The notes under the pieces are model-generated. The model made no database searches. It was not told the origin of the DNA and saw only the letters and a list, made by a program, of their open reading frames with translations. Positions 1 through 9,396 of a stretch of DNA of 64,000 nt are shown in pieces. Origin of the DNA: Clostridia bacterium (GTDB lineage: Bacteria; Bacillota; Clostridia; Oscillospirales; CAG-272); assembly GCA_017937135.1 (NCBI GenBank), contig JAGBEE010000020.1, positions 78,296 to 142,295 of the forward strand. The letters run 5' to 3'. Both the position numbers and the translations under genes were made by a program. Position 1 is the first letter of the stretch; each line of letters begins with the position of its first letter.

Positions 1-504
1 TTGGGTGGTTACAATTCTGGTAGAATTGAAAATCATTCACTTTGGATTGACAGTGAAAAAATATCAATTATTGACGAGAAGCTAATTCCAACAGGAGAAG
101 AGCTTTCGGTAGATGGAACGCCATTTGATTTTAGAGTAGAAAAGCTTATTGGCAAAGATATTGATAGTGAGAATACAATTTTAAAATATGGAAAGGGATA
201 TGACCACAATTTTATATTGAATTCTAATGGAACAATCAAACATAGCATCACCCTCAAAGACACAAACTCAGGTAGAACTATGAAAGTATATACCAACCAA
301 CATTGCGTGCAAGTATACACAGCAAATTGTATAAACGAAAGTGAAAGTTCATTTAAGAATGGAGTAGAGCAAAGAATCAGATGTGCAGTATGTCTCGAAA
401 CTCAACACGCTCCTGATTCACCTAATAGACCCGAATTTCCAAGTTGCGTTTTGTCTCCAGGAGAATTATACGATTATACTACAGTATTCAAATTTGAGAA
501 ATAA
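1..504 (+). CDS. galM: aldose 1-epimerase (galactose mutarotase), C-terminal part; 5' end lies outside the window
   Basis: Frame is open from the window edge. C-terminal mutarotase-like blocks are present (QHCVQVYTAN, ETQHAPDSPNRPEFPS). A hairpin terminator follows. Confidence 0.8.
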   Translation: MGGYNSGRIENHSLWIDSEKISIIDEKLIPTGEELSVDGTPFDFRVEKLIGKDIDSENTILKYGKGYDHNFILNSNGTIKHSITLKDTNSGRTMKVYTNQHCVQVYTANCINESESSFKNGVEQRIRCAVCLETQHAPDSPNRPEFPSCVLSPGELYDYTTVFKFEK

Positions 505-509
505 ATTAA

Positions 510-535
510 AGTCGCATTATTATGCGACTTTTTTC
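510..535 (+). terminator. rho-independent terminator after galM
   Basis: AGTCGCAT / ATGCGACT stem with a 4-nt loop, then TTTTT. Confidence 0.75.
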
Positions 536-572
536 ATATAATTTACCATAATATTTTTCTTATGGAGTGAAT

Positions 573-827
573 ATGGTAAATTTTAATAACAACAAGGAAA
601 GATGTGAAAAATTAGCGAATTATTTAATTGAGAATAAAACTACCGTTCGTAACACGGCTAAATTTTTTGGAATAAGCAAGTCGACAGTACATAAAGACAT
701 TACAGAAAAATTATCAAAAATAAATTATGGATTATTTTTAGAGGTTGAAAAAATTTTACAAATAAACAAGTCTGAAAGACATATTCGTGGTGGTGCAGCA
801 ACAAAGAAAAAATATTTAAAAAAATAA
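573..827 (+). CDS. spoIIID: sporulation transcriptional regulator SpoIIID
   Basis: Small HTH protein with SpoIIID-type blocks (GISKSTVHKDITE, SERHIRGGAATKKKY). ATG 573 lies 5 nt after GGAG. The track start at 567 is a GTG overlapping the last base of that GGAG SD. Confidence 0.85.
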   Translation: MVNFNNNKERCEKLANYLIENKTTVRNTAKFFGISKSTVHKDITEKLSKINYGLFLEVEKILQINKSERHIRGGAATKKKYLKK

Positions 828-832
828 TTTTA

Positions 833-872
833 AAATTCGAGGTAATTAATTTTCATTACCTCGAATTTTATT
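833..872 (+). terminator. rho-independent terminator after spoIIID
   Basis: 14-bp stem AAATTCGAGGTAAT / ATTACCTCGAATTT followed by a T-rich tail. Confidence 0.8.
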
Positions 873-1329
873 TAATGTAAAGGAAAACAAAATAGAGAAT
901 CAAAAATTACACCGGTTTTACTTTTGACCTAATTATACAAAATACAAATTTTATATAATTTGGAGAACTTATAAAACGCTAACTTTAAAGAACATATTAT
1001 ATTTATCCTTTATTTTGGTTGTTAATAATTTAATTTTTATTTATATCTCGTGAAAACACAATTATTTTTTTATTATGCGATGGTTCATCGCACGTAATAA
1101 TTTTTTTAAGATTTTATTTTAATAACATTAAATTTAAATATTATAATTTTAATATGTAACTCAACGATGGAGTCTAACAAAAATTACAAATTTTATTCTT
1201 TTGTAAAATTTGATGCAGTTATAGACCTTTTTTCGATTCAAAATTTAATTAAACGTATAATTTCCAAATAATAATTATTTTGTATAATTAAAAGATTGAA
1301 TTTTATATAATAAATTTTGTATTATCCTA

Positions 1330-1358
1330 TTGACAAATATTATTTTACATGTTATACT
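1330..1358 (+). promoter_or_regulatory. sigma-A-type promoter for ylxM-ffh-rpsP
   Basis: TTGACA, a 17-nt spacer, then TATACT, about 40 nt upstream of ylxM. Confidence 0.6.
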
Positions 1359-1399
1359 TGTAAAGTAATTTAGTTTACACTTGCGTGGAGGAATTAATT

Positions 1400-1756
1400 A
1401 TGTTTGAAAAAAACCTCAATATTTCTCTTCTGCTTGATTTTTATGGTGATATTCTAACTGAGCGTCAAAATGATATGTTGAATATGTATTATAACGAGGA
1501 TTGCTCTCTGTCAGAAATCGCCGATGCCTTCTCTATTTCCAGACAAGGAGTGCGTAGCGTTTTAAAAAAAGGCGAAGCTATTCTGTCTCAAATGGAGGAA
1601 AAACTCGGTTTAGCTGCGCGTTTTATAAAAATGCGCGATAAATCATCTGAAATTGCGTCAGAACTCGAATCAATTAATTCTACAATAAACAATGACGATA
1701 TTTCTTCTAAAATCCATACTTTGATTAATGAAATTAAAGAAATGGCAAATTACTAA
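1400..1756 (+). CDS. ylxM: YlxM/UPF0122 putative DNA-binding protein (sigma-70 region-4-like HTH)
   Basis: Conserved position directly upstream of ffh. HTH block CSLSEIADAFSISRQGV. ATG 1400 is preceded by GGAGGAA. The track start at 1385 is a GTG overlapping the first base of that GGAGGAA SD. Confidence 0.8.
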   Translation: MFEKNLNISLLLDFYGDILTERQNDMLNMYYNEDCSLSEIADAFSISRQGVRSVLKKGEAILSQMEEKLGLAARFIKMRDKSSEIASELESINSTINNDDISSKIHTLINEIKEMANY

Positions 1757-1771
1757 TTTAAGGAGGTATCA

Positions 1772-3112
1772 ATGTTTAAAAGTTTAACAGAAAAGTTAGC
1801 TAATGCATTTAAAAAGTTCAGAAATAAGGGTAAGCTTACTGCTTCGGATGTTAAGGAAGGTATGCGCGAAATTAAGCTCGCTCTACTCGAGGCAGATGTT
1901 AGCTTCAAGGTTGTTAAAGATTTTATAAGAACCGTTACTGAGCGCGCTATTGGTGTTGAGGTTCTTGAAAGTCTTCTCCCTGCTCAACAGGTTGTTAAGG
2001 TTGTCCACGAAGAACTCATTAATTTGATGGGAAAAACACAATCAAAGCTTGAAATTTCTTCTCGCCCACCAACAGTAATTATGATGGTTGGATTACAAGG
2101 TGCTGGTAAAACCACACATTCTGGAAAAATAGCTGGTCTATATAAAAAACAAGGTAAAAATCCTTTACTTGTTGCTTGCGATGTTTATCGCCCGGCTGCA
2201 ATTAAACAATTACAAATTGTTGGCTCTCAGTTGAATATTCCAGTATATGCTGATGAAAAATCAAAAAATCCTGTAGATATTGCTAAAAATGCTCTTGAAT
2301 ATGCAAAAAAGAATGGCTATGATATGGTATTTATTGATACCGCAGGACGTTTACACGTAGATGAAGTTCTTATGAAAGAGCTTCAACAAATAAAGAAATA
2401 CACTCTTCCTACCGAAATTCTTTTAGTTGTTGACGCAATGCTTGGACAAGATGCTGTAAATGTGGCTGAATCATTTGATGATATGCTAAACATTTCAGGT
2501 GTTGTTCTTACTAAGCTTGATGGTGATACAAGAGGTGGCGCTGCTCTTTCCGTACGCTATGTTACAGGAAAACCAATTAAATTTGTTGGTACAGGCGAAA
2601 AACTCGATACTATTGAACCATTTTATCCTGATAGAATGGCATCAAGAATACTTGGCATGGGTGATGTCTTATCATTAATCGAAAAAGCAGAGGAAGCCTT
2701 TGACAAGAAAAAGGCTGCTGAGCTTGAAAAGAAAATGAAGGAAAACACATTTACCCTAACAGATTATCTTGAACAAATGGCTCAACTTAAAAAGATGGGT
2801 TCGCTTGAGAGTGTAATGGCAATGGTTCCTGGTATGAGTGCTGCAAAAGACGTCAAAATTGACGAAAATTTGCTTGTTCGCACCGAAGCAATTATTCTCT
2901 CTATGACACCAAAAGAAAGAGATAATCCCGATATAATCTCTTCTTCAAGAAAGAAAAGAATAGCAAAAGGTAGTGGTACAACTATCGAGGATATAAATAA
3001 GCTTTTAAAACAGTTCGATCAAATGAAAAAAATGATGAAACAGCTCTCTTCTGGAAAGCTTGGTGGACTTTTTGGCTTAGGCAAAAAGATGAAAATGCCG
3101 TTTAGAAAATAA
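1772..3112 (+). CDS. ffh: signal recognition particle protein Ffh
   Basis: GTPase motifs GLQGAGKTT, DTAGR and TKLDGD, plus a Met-rich M domain at the C-terminus. Confidence 0.97.
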   Translation: MFKSLTEKLANAFKKFRNKGKLTASDVKEGMREIKLALLEADVSFKVVKDFIRTVTERAIGVEVLESLLPAQQVVKVVHEELINLMGKTQSKLEISSRPPTVIMMVGLQGAGKTTHSGKIAGLYKKQGKNPLLVACDVYRPAAIKQLQIVGSQLNIPVYADEKSKNPVDIAKNALEYAKKNGYDMVFIDTAGRLHVDEVLMKELQQIKKYTLPTEILLVVDAMLGQDAVNVAESFDDMLNISGVVLTKLDGDTRGGAALSVRYVTGKPIKFVGTGEKLDTIEPFYPDRMASRILGMGDVLSLIEKAEEAFDKKKAAELEKKMKENTFTLTDYLEQMAQLKKMGSLESVMAMVPGMSAAKDVKIDENLLVRTEAIILSMTPKERDNPDIISSSRKKRIAKGSGTTIEDINKLLKQFDQMKKMMKQLSSGKLGGLFGLGKKMKMPFRK

Positions 3113-3164
3113 TGGCTTTTTATAAAACAAATAAAATTTATTTAAATAATTGGAGGAAACAACA

Positions 3165-3410
3165 ATGGCAGTAAAAATGAGACTTAGAAGAATGGGTGCT
3201 AAGAAGGCTCCTTTCTATCGTGTAGTAGTTGCAGACGAAAGATCACCAAGAGACGGTAAGTTTATCGACGAAATCGGTTATTACAACCCTCTTACAGATC
3301 CAGCTGAAATCAAAATTGATGCAGCTAAGGCTGAGCAATGGTTGAACAATGGTGCTCAACCTACCGAAACTGTTAAATCTCTTCTTAAGAAAAGCGGCAT
3401 CGTAAAATAA
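3165..3410 (+). CDS. rpsP: 30S ribosomal protein S16
   Basis: [29 protein letters not shown] lies 7 nt upstream of ATG 3165. The track start at 3150 is a TTG overlapping the SD. Confidence 0.95.
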   Translation: MAVKMRLRRMGAKKAPFYRVVVADERSPRDGKFIDEIGYYNPLTDPAEIKIDAAKAEQWLNNGAQPTETVKSLLKKSGIVK

Positions 3411-3458
3411 TCAAATTATAAGAAAGGTGATTATTTACGAATAATCAAGGTGTGCAAA

Positions 3459-3695
3459 ATGATTGATCTCAGCACAGTTCTTGGAAACATTGCTAAGTCA
3501 ATCGTTGACCATCCCGAAAAGGTAGTAGTTACCGAGCACGCGGAAGGCAATGAAATACTTATGACACTCAGTGTTGCCGAAGAAGATATGGGCATGATTA
3601 TCGGTAAGCGTGGCAAAATTGCTAAAGCTATCCGTACTGTAATGAAAGCTGTTGCAAAAATCGACAACAGAAAGGTTACTGTAGAAATTAAGTAA
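3459..3695 (+). CDS. KH-domain RNA-binding protein (YlqC family)
   Basis: KH GxxG block IIGKRGKIAKAIRTV. Conserved position after rpsP. ATG 3459 follows an AAGGTG SD. Confidence 0.85.
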   Translation: MIDLSTVLGNIAKSIVDHPEKVVVTEHAEGNEILMTLSVAEEDMGMIIGKRGKIAKAIRTVMKAVAKIDNRKVTVEIK

Positions 3696-3696
3696 A

Positions 3697-3727
3697 AATA
3701 TGGGCAATTTAGCCCATATTTTTTTAT
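3697..3727 (+). terminator. rho-independent terminator ending the ffh-rpsP operon
   Basis: AATATGGGC / GCCCATATT stem followed by TTTTT. Confidence 0.8.
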
Positions 3728-3814
3728 TAATCACTTCTCTCTCATATTGACTTTTCTTATTAAAGATACTATAATAAGAATAGTTAAATTATTATTTTAT
3801 GGGAGTTGTTAAAT

Positions 3815-4768
3815 ATGTTAAAGCCATTAAAATTAAAACCCGAATTTAAAGAAATCATTTGGGGTGGAAATAGATTAAAAAATGAATACAATAAAAAATC
3901 AGAATTAAATAATATAGCAGAAAGCTGGGAATTGACTGTAAGAAACGACGGAATGAACATAATCGAAGGTGGTAAATATGATAATGTTTCACTTGGCGAT
4001 TATATCAACCAAAATGGATTTGATGTTGTTACAAACAAAAAATTAGATCGCTTTCCCTTGCTTATAAAGTTTATAGATGCACAAGATAATCTTTCAGTAC
4101 AAGTGCATCCAGATGACGCATATGGGTTAAAAAATGCTAACAGTCTTGGTAAAACTGAGATGTGGTATATTATCGATGCCAAGCCTGGAGCAAAGCTTGT
4201 TTATGGACTTAAGCCAAATTGTACAAATGATATGTTTAAAAAAGCAATTGAAGATGGCAACGTCGAAGCTATGCTAAATTATGTACCTGTTAAAAAAGGT
4301 GATGTATTCTTTATTCCGTCAGGTTTAGTTCACGCCATCGGCTCTGGAATTTTACTTGCTGAAATTCAACAAAATTCAAATATTACATATAGAGTTTATG
4401 ACTATAATCGTATAGGCAAAGATGGGAAACCTCGCGATTTACATATAGTCGATGCTCTCAATGTAATTGTTAATAGAACGCCAGAGGAAATTGAGAAAAT
4501 TCGTTTTTCTACAAATGCAAAAAATGATAATTGTTTGGCTTGTTGCAATTACTTTAATGTAGATAAATTCAATATTGATGGCACTTTAGAATTTTCGGCA
4601 AATGCCGAAAGCTTCAATTCCATTCTCTGCTTAGACGGCGTTGGCGAAATCGAATTTAACGGAGAAAAATTTACTTTAAACAAAGGAGATAGCTACTTCA
4701 TACCTGCAAAGATAGGTGATTACTGTATTAGTGGAAATGTTGAAATAATAATTTCAAAAATTAATTAA
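3815..4768 (+). CDS. manA: mannose-6-phosphate isomerase, class I
   Basis: Type I PMI blocks (LSVQVHPDD, TEMWYI, GLVHAIG). ATG 3815 lies 9 nt after GGGAG. The track start at 3806 is a TTG. Confidence 0.85.
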   Translation: MLKPLKLKPEFKEIIWGGNRLKNEYNKKSELNNIAESWELTVRNDGMNIIEGGKYDNVSLGDYINQNGFDVVTNKKLDRFPLLIKFIDAQDNLSVQVHPDDAYGLKNANSLGKTEMWYIIDAKPGAKLVYGLKPNCTNDMFKKAIEDGNVEAMLNYVPVKKGDVFFIPSGLVHAIGSGILLAEIQQNSNITYRVYDYNRIGKDGKPRDLHIVDALNVIVNRTPEEIEKIRFSTNAKNDNCLACCNYFNVDKFNIDGTLEFSANAESFNSILCLDGVGEIEFNGEKFTLNKGDSYFIPAKIGDYCISGNVEIIISKIN

Positions 4769-4800
4769 AACACGCCGAGGATATTCCTCGGTGTGTTTTT
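4767..4800. terminator. bidirectional terminator between convergent manA and the DUF3021-like gene
   Basis: AAAACACGCCGAGG ... CCTCGGTGTGTTTTT, with A-rich and T-rich flanks on the two sides. Confidence 0.75.
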
Positions 4801-5222
4801 CATTCCATCAATTTTTTATTAAATTTTTTACAAGTTGCCCTTATACATATATATACAATAAACCAAATTATAAAATAAGTTATAATAAAAATAGCAGTAA
4901 AAATAGCGATAACTACCCAATTAAATGGTATCCATGAATTAACAAGATAGCAGCCTACATATGCTATATAAAGTGTAAATAAATGTAAAAAAAGTGATTT
5001 AGCAATTCCCCAATTCTCTATTTGATTAAATACACTTGCACCTGCATGTATAAATGCTAAAGCGTATGTTGATATAATTGCTATAAATACTTCAGGTCCA
5101 GTTAATGAAAAATTTTTTATCGAAAATGAAAGAATGAGATAAACTATTCCTGCAACTATTGGACCCAAACCACCAAATAAACAGCCTCTTAGTAAAAAAT
5201 TTTTAAAAATATTATTATTCAT
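4800..5222 (-). CDS. small 4-TM membrane protein (DUF3021-like), partner of the LytTR protein
   Basis: 140 aa, four hydrophobic segments. Its start abuts the stop of the upstream LytTR gene. Confidence 0.6.
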   Translation of the reverse strand: MNNNIFKNFLLRGCLFGGLGPIVAGIVYLILSFSIKNFSLTGPEVFIAIISTYALAFIHAGASVFNQIENWGIAKSLFLHLFTLYIAYVGCYLVNSWIPFNWVVIAIFTAIFIITYFIIWFIVYICIRATCKKFNKKLME

Positions 5223-5654
5223 TCAAAATCCAATCCTTTCTTTCACTATTTTTAATTGTCTTCTCGAAACATAATCCTTATATCCGTTTTTTAGCAATAC
5301 TAGCAAGGCTCCACCAAAAGATACCTCAAATTTCTCAATTTTTTTTATATTTACTATACAAGATTGGTTTATTTTTACAAAATTATTATCTAACATTTGT
5401 TCAATCTCGTATAATCTTCTTTTTATTTGAAAACTCTCATTTGCCGTAATAGCAAAAATTTTGTTATTTTCAACTGTAAATGAATATATATCGCTTGGCA
5501 TAAGTTTAATTATAGTATTATTTTTATATCCTACAAATTCAAGTAAGTTACTTTCAATCAATAATTCAATTTCTTTAACTAAGTTATTTACTTCGTGCGC
5601 ATATATGATCACTTCTTCATCTTTAGCATTATCAATTATCGTTGTACATTTCAT
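5223..5654 (-). CDS. LytTR-family DNA-binding protein (stand-alone, no receiver domain)
   Basis: 143 aa. C-terminal LytTR-like block (FVKINQSCIVNIKKI...YVSRRQLKIVKERIG). No phospho-acceptor receiver domain. Confidence 0.8.
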   Translation of the reverse strand: MKCTTIIDNAKDEEVIIYAHEVNNLVKEIELLIESNLLEFVGYKNNTIIKLMPSDIYSFTVENNKIFAITANESFQIKRRLYEIEQMLDNNFVKINQSCIVNIKKIEKFEVSFGGALLVLLKNGYKDYVSRRQLKIVKERIGF

Positions 5655-5750
5655 TTTTTTTACCTCCTTATAACAACATTTTAATTTATGTCAATGAAAA
5701 ATTCAATATAAGTATTTTATTCGGTTATATTTTCATAGTAAATGGCATTA

Positions 5751-5786
5751 AAAACAGAGGGTTAGATTTTATAACCCTCTGTTTTG
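5751..5786 (-). terminator. terminator downstream of yebC
   Basis: CAGAGGGTTA / TAACCCTCTG stem with A and T flanks, immediately after the yebC stop. Confidence 0.75.
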
Positions 5787-5788
5787 TA

Positions 5789-6517
5789 TTATTCACAATT
5801 TTCCCAGTTATGATATACTTCAGTTACATCATCATTGTCTTCAAGGTGCTCAATAAGTAAACTCATATATTTGATATCATCATCAGATGTTAGAGTAACA
5901 TAAGTAGAAGGAATTTTATCATGTTCAGCTGAAACGTATTTGAAACCAGCTTGTTCAATTGTGGCAGCAACAGATTCTAAATCAGCATCCTCTGTATAAA
6001 TAATATAAGCCTCTTCATCTGAAATAAAATCAGCAGCGCCTGCCTCTAATGAAGCTTCCATAAGCGAATCCTCATCATATCCTTCCTCTTTGGATATCAT
6101 TATAACACCTTTATCTTCAAATAGATAGCCAACACAACCAGTTGTTCCAAGATTTCCCTTGTATTTACTAAAATAAGAACGTATTTCGGGAGTTGTACGG
6201 TTAGTGTTATCAGTTGCGGCGGTAACTATTACTGCTACACCACCAGGACCATATCCTTCATATCTCATTTCTTCAAGAGCTGCAGCATCGCTTGAGCTTG
6301 CTTTCTTGATTGTTCTATCAATATTATCATTAGGAACGTTGTTTGACTTTGCTTTTTGAATAAGTTGAGCAAGTTTAGAGTTCGAAATTGGATCAGGTCC
6401 GCCAGCTTTTACTGCTATTGCAATCTCCTTACCAATTTTAGTGAAGATTTTTGCTCTTTGAGCATCTGTCTTCTCTTTTTTATGCATTATATTTTTCCAT
6501 TTACTATGTCCAGACAT
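5789..6517 (-). CDS. yebC: YebC/PmpR family DNA-binding transcriptional regulator
   Basis: N-terminus MSGHSKWKNIMHKK and full-length family-typical sequence. Confidence 0.9.
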   Translation of the reverse strand: MSGHSKWKNIMHKKEKTDAQRAKIFTKIGKEIAIAVKAGGPDPISNSKLAQLIQKAKSNNVPNDNIDRTIKKASSSDAAALEEMRYEGYGPGGVAVIVTAATDNTNRTTPEIRSYFSKYKGNLGTTGCVGYLFEDKGVIMISKEEGYDEDSLMEASLEAGAADFISDEEAYIIYTEDADLESVAATIEQAGFKYVSAEHDKIPSTYVTLTSDDDIKYMSLLIEHLEDNDDVTEVYHNWENCE

Positions 6518-6533
6518 TTCTAAACCCCTAAAA

Positions 6534-8249
6534 TTATATTTTTTCTGTTTTTTTCATGCATATAAGACCAAATGCTGTACCTAAAACTGTTTTTGTAGCA
6601 TTTGTTAATCTTATACGTGTATTTCTAATATTAATATCTTCATTGGTTGCTATTTGACAATTATGATAGAATTTGTTGAATGCGCCACATACATCAATAA
6701 TATATCTTGTTATTATAGATGGCTCATAATCCTTAATAGCACCTGTAACTGCTTCATTAAACTTAGAAAGAACCTTTAATAAATCAGCTTCTTCAGGGAC
6801 CGTAATAACAGGTGATGTGACATTATAATCAATACCACTTGACTTTTCAAGAATACCGCAGGTACGAGCGTATGTATATTGTGCATATGGTCCTGTATTC
6901 CCCTCGAAGCTAAGAGCATCTTTCATAACAAAGTTAATATCTTTTATTCTATTGTTGTACAAATAATAGAAAACGACAGAACCGACACCAACAGCTTCCG
7001 CAACCTCTTCTTTGTTAGGAAGATTGGGGTTTTTTTCATCAATTATTTCGCTAACCTTTTCAATTGCTGTGGCAAATAAATCCTTTAGCAAAATAACATT
7101 TCCCGTACGTGTTGCCAGCTTTTCGCCATTGATGCTTACTGTACCGTATGGTACATGTACAAGCTTATCATACCAGTCGTATCCCATAAGCTCAACAACC
7201 TTAAACCATTGTGCAAAATGCAAGCTTTGTCCTGCCGATGTAACATATATACACTTATCAAATTTATAAGTGTTTTTACGATATACAGCGGCAGCAATAT
7301 CTCTTGTGGGGTATAGAGTTGAGCCGTCCTTTTTAAGTATTAAGCATGGTGGCATATTATATTCAGACAAATCAACAATGGAAGCACCATCATCGATTTT
7401 TAAAAGGCCACTATTTCTTAATTTTTCAACCTGTGCAGGCATTTTATCAGTATAAAAGCTTTCGCCCTTATAGCTATCAAATTCAATGCCGAGCTGTTTG
7501 TATGTTTTTTGATATTCCTTGAGGCTGATTTCTACAAACCATTTCCAAAGCTTAGTGTTGGTTTCGTCTCCATGTTCAAGCTTTGTAAATTCATTACGCG
7601 CCTTTTGGTTTAATGTTTCATCTATTTCCGCTTCGTGATGGAATTTAACATATAATGATACAAGCTCATCAACACCATTTTCCTCAACTTGCTTTTCCGA
7701 GCCCCACATATTATAAGCAACAATTAATTTACCAAATTGAGTTCCCCAGTCACCAAGGTAATTTATACCAACACACTCATAACCTTGAAATTCATGAAGC
7801 ATTTTTAATGAATGTCCTATAACGGTTGTACCTAAATGTCCAATATGGAATGGTTTAGCAACGTTTGGTGATGAATAGTCAAATACAGCAACCTTACCAA
7901 CACCAGAAAAATCAGAACCATATTTTTCTTTCTTATTCTCTATTTCAAATAAAACATTCTTAATTAAATAATCATTTGAAACAAAAATATTAACATAACC
8001 ATTTACAGCTTCAACCCTTGATACAACAGAAGAAGAAAACCTTTCAGCTACCTCTTTTGCTATCATAGGTGGAGCTTTTCTTAAAATTCTGCTTAATTTA
8101 AAGCATGGAAATGCAATATCTCCCAGCGTAGAGTCTGGAGGATATTCAAACATTGCCAGTATATCGTGTTTTTCAAGCTGTATTTCGCTTGAAATACACT
8201 TCAGGCATTCTGATAAATCTGCCGCAACTGCATTTTTGAAATTATACAT
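6534..8249 (-). CDS. argS: arginine--tRNA ligase
   Basis: 571 aa. Class I HIGH motif (PFHIGHLG) and a C-terminal anticodon-binding domain. Only 20 nt from the upstream gene, so there is no room for a leader. Confidence 0.95.
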   Translation of the reverse strand: MYNFKNAVAADLSECLKCISSEIQLEKHDILAMFEYPPDSTLGDIAFPCFKLSRILRKAPPMIAKEVAERFSSSVVSRVEAVNGYVNIFVSNDYLIKNVLFEIENKKEKYGSDFSGVGKVAVFDYSSPNVAKPFHIGHLGTTVIGHSLKMLHEFQGYECVGINYLGDWGTQFGKLIVAYNMWGSEKQVEENGVDELVSLYVKFHHEAEIDETLNQKARNEFTKLEHGDETNTKLWKWFVEISLKEYQKTYKQLGIEFDSYKGESFYTDKMPAQVEKLRNSGLLKIDDGASIVDLSEYNMPPCLILKKDGSTLYPTRDIAAAVYRKNTYKFDKCIYVTSAGQSLHFAQWFKVVELMGYDWYDKLVHVPYGTVSINGEKLATRTGNVILLKDLFATAIEKVSEIIDEKNPNLPNKEEVAEAVGVGSVVFYYLYNNRIKDINFVMKDALSFEGNTGPYAQYTYARTCGILEKSSGIDYNVTSPVITVPEEADLLKVLSKFNEAVTGAIKDYEPSIITRYIIDVCGAFNKFYHNCQIATNEDINIRNTRIRLTNATKTVLGTAFGLICMKKTEKI

Positions 8250-8269
8250 ATTTTATTATCCCTTTTATA

Positions 8270-9373
8270 TTAGTCGTTATGCTTATCAAGTAATGAGTGA
8301 ATTTTTTGTACAGGATTAAGCAAGCTACTAATAGATGCGTCATTATTGATTGTATCGATAAGATACGAAACATACTTACTCATATTAACATCACAGTACC
8401 ATTCTCTTGAAAGGATTTCTTTTGTATGATATGTCAAGTTTGTTGCAAATATCTTGTCAAAAATTCCATCAGCATATGCCTTGTCAAATTTATCCAATCC
8501 ATTGCAGAAAAGTGCAAATGTTGCAAATACGAATACTCTTTTTGCTCCTCTTTCCTTTAATTGAAGAGCAACATCTATCATAGAATCACCAGATGAAATC
8601 ATGTCATCTACAACAATTACATCTTTACCAGTTAAGTCGTTGCCAAGGTATTCATGAGCCTCTATTGGGTTTTTGCCATCTATAATTATTGAATAATTAC
8701 GTCTCTTATAGAACATACCAAGCTCTATACCAAGAACCGAAGCAATATACATTGAACGTCCAATAGCGCCCTCATCAGGAGAAACAACCATTATATGCTC
8801 CTTATCTAGCTTAACGTCGGAAACGTTTCTTAAAAGAGCTTTAAGCATTTGATATGCAGGTCTTACATTATCAAAGCCACTTAATGGAATTGCGTTTTGA
8901 ACTCTTGGGTCGTGAGCATCAAATGTAATAATATTTGTAACACCCATACTTGTAAGTTCCTGAAGTGCAAGCGCGCAGTCAAGTGATTCTCTTGCAGAAC
9001 GCTTATGTTGTCTTCCCTCGTAAAGCATTGGCATAATTACGCTTATTCTTCTTGGCTTTCCACCAGTTGCCGCAATTACTCTTTTAAGGTCCTGGAAATG
9101 GTCATCAGGACTCATTGGTACCTGCATTCCATACATTTTATATGTAACACCATAATTAAAGCAATCTGAAATAATATATAAATCAAGACCTCTCATAGAT
9201 TCGTTAATAAGAGCTTTTGCTTCACCAGAGCCAAATCTTGGACATTGAGCATCAACAATAAAAGTTTTGTCTGTGTTTCTTAATTTTTTCAAATAATGGT
9301 CAACTTGAGCAGTAAACTCCTCGCATCCTCTCATTCCAATTACTTTTAATTCACCATTTAAATGTTCGTTCAT
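8270..9373 (-). CDS. prs: ribose-phosphate pyrophosphokinase paralog (long form, 367 aa)
   Basis: Prs-like blocks RFGSGEAKALINESMRG, VSPDEGA and VVDDMISSG. Loop reads EGRQHKRSARE where Bacillus subtilis Prs (recalled from memory) has ARQDRKARSRE. There is also an extra segment NYGVTYKMYGMQVPMSPDD. Confidence 0.75.
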   Translation of the reverse strand: MNEHLNGELKVIGMRGCEEFTAQVDHYLKKLRNTDKTFIVDAQCPRFGSGEAKALINESMRGLDLYIISDCFNYGVTYKMYGMQVPMSPDDHFQDLKRVIAATGGKPRRISVIMPMLYEGRQHKRSARESLDCALALQELTSMGVTNIITFDAHDPRVQNAIPLSGFDNVRPAYQMLKALLRNVSDVKLDKEHIMVVSPDEGAIGRSMYIASVLGIELGMFYKRRNYSIIIDGKNPIEAHEYLGNDLTGKDVIVVDDMISSGDSMIDVALQLKERGAKRVFVFATFALFCNGLDKFDKAYADGIFDKIFATNLTYHTKEILSREWYCDVNMSKYVSYLIDTINNDASISSLLNPVQKIHSLLDKHND

Positions 9374-9396
9374 ATTTTCCCCCGTTTGTGTCTTTT

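Noticed and set aside
5461-5860. Plus-strand ORFs of 70 aa and 72 aa across the LytTR gene and the yebC 3' region.
   Set aside because: They are antisense or spacer shadows with hydrophobic low-complexity translations. The region is already explained by the LytTR gene, its promoter and the yebC terminator.
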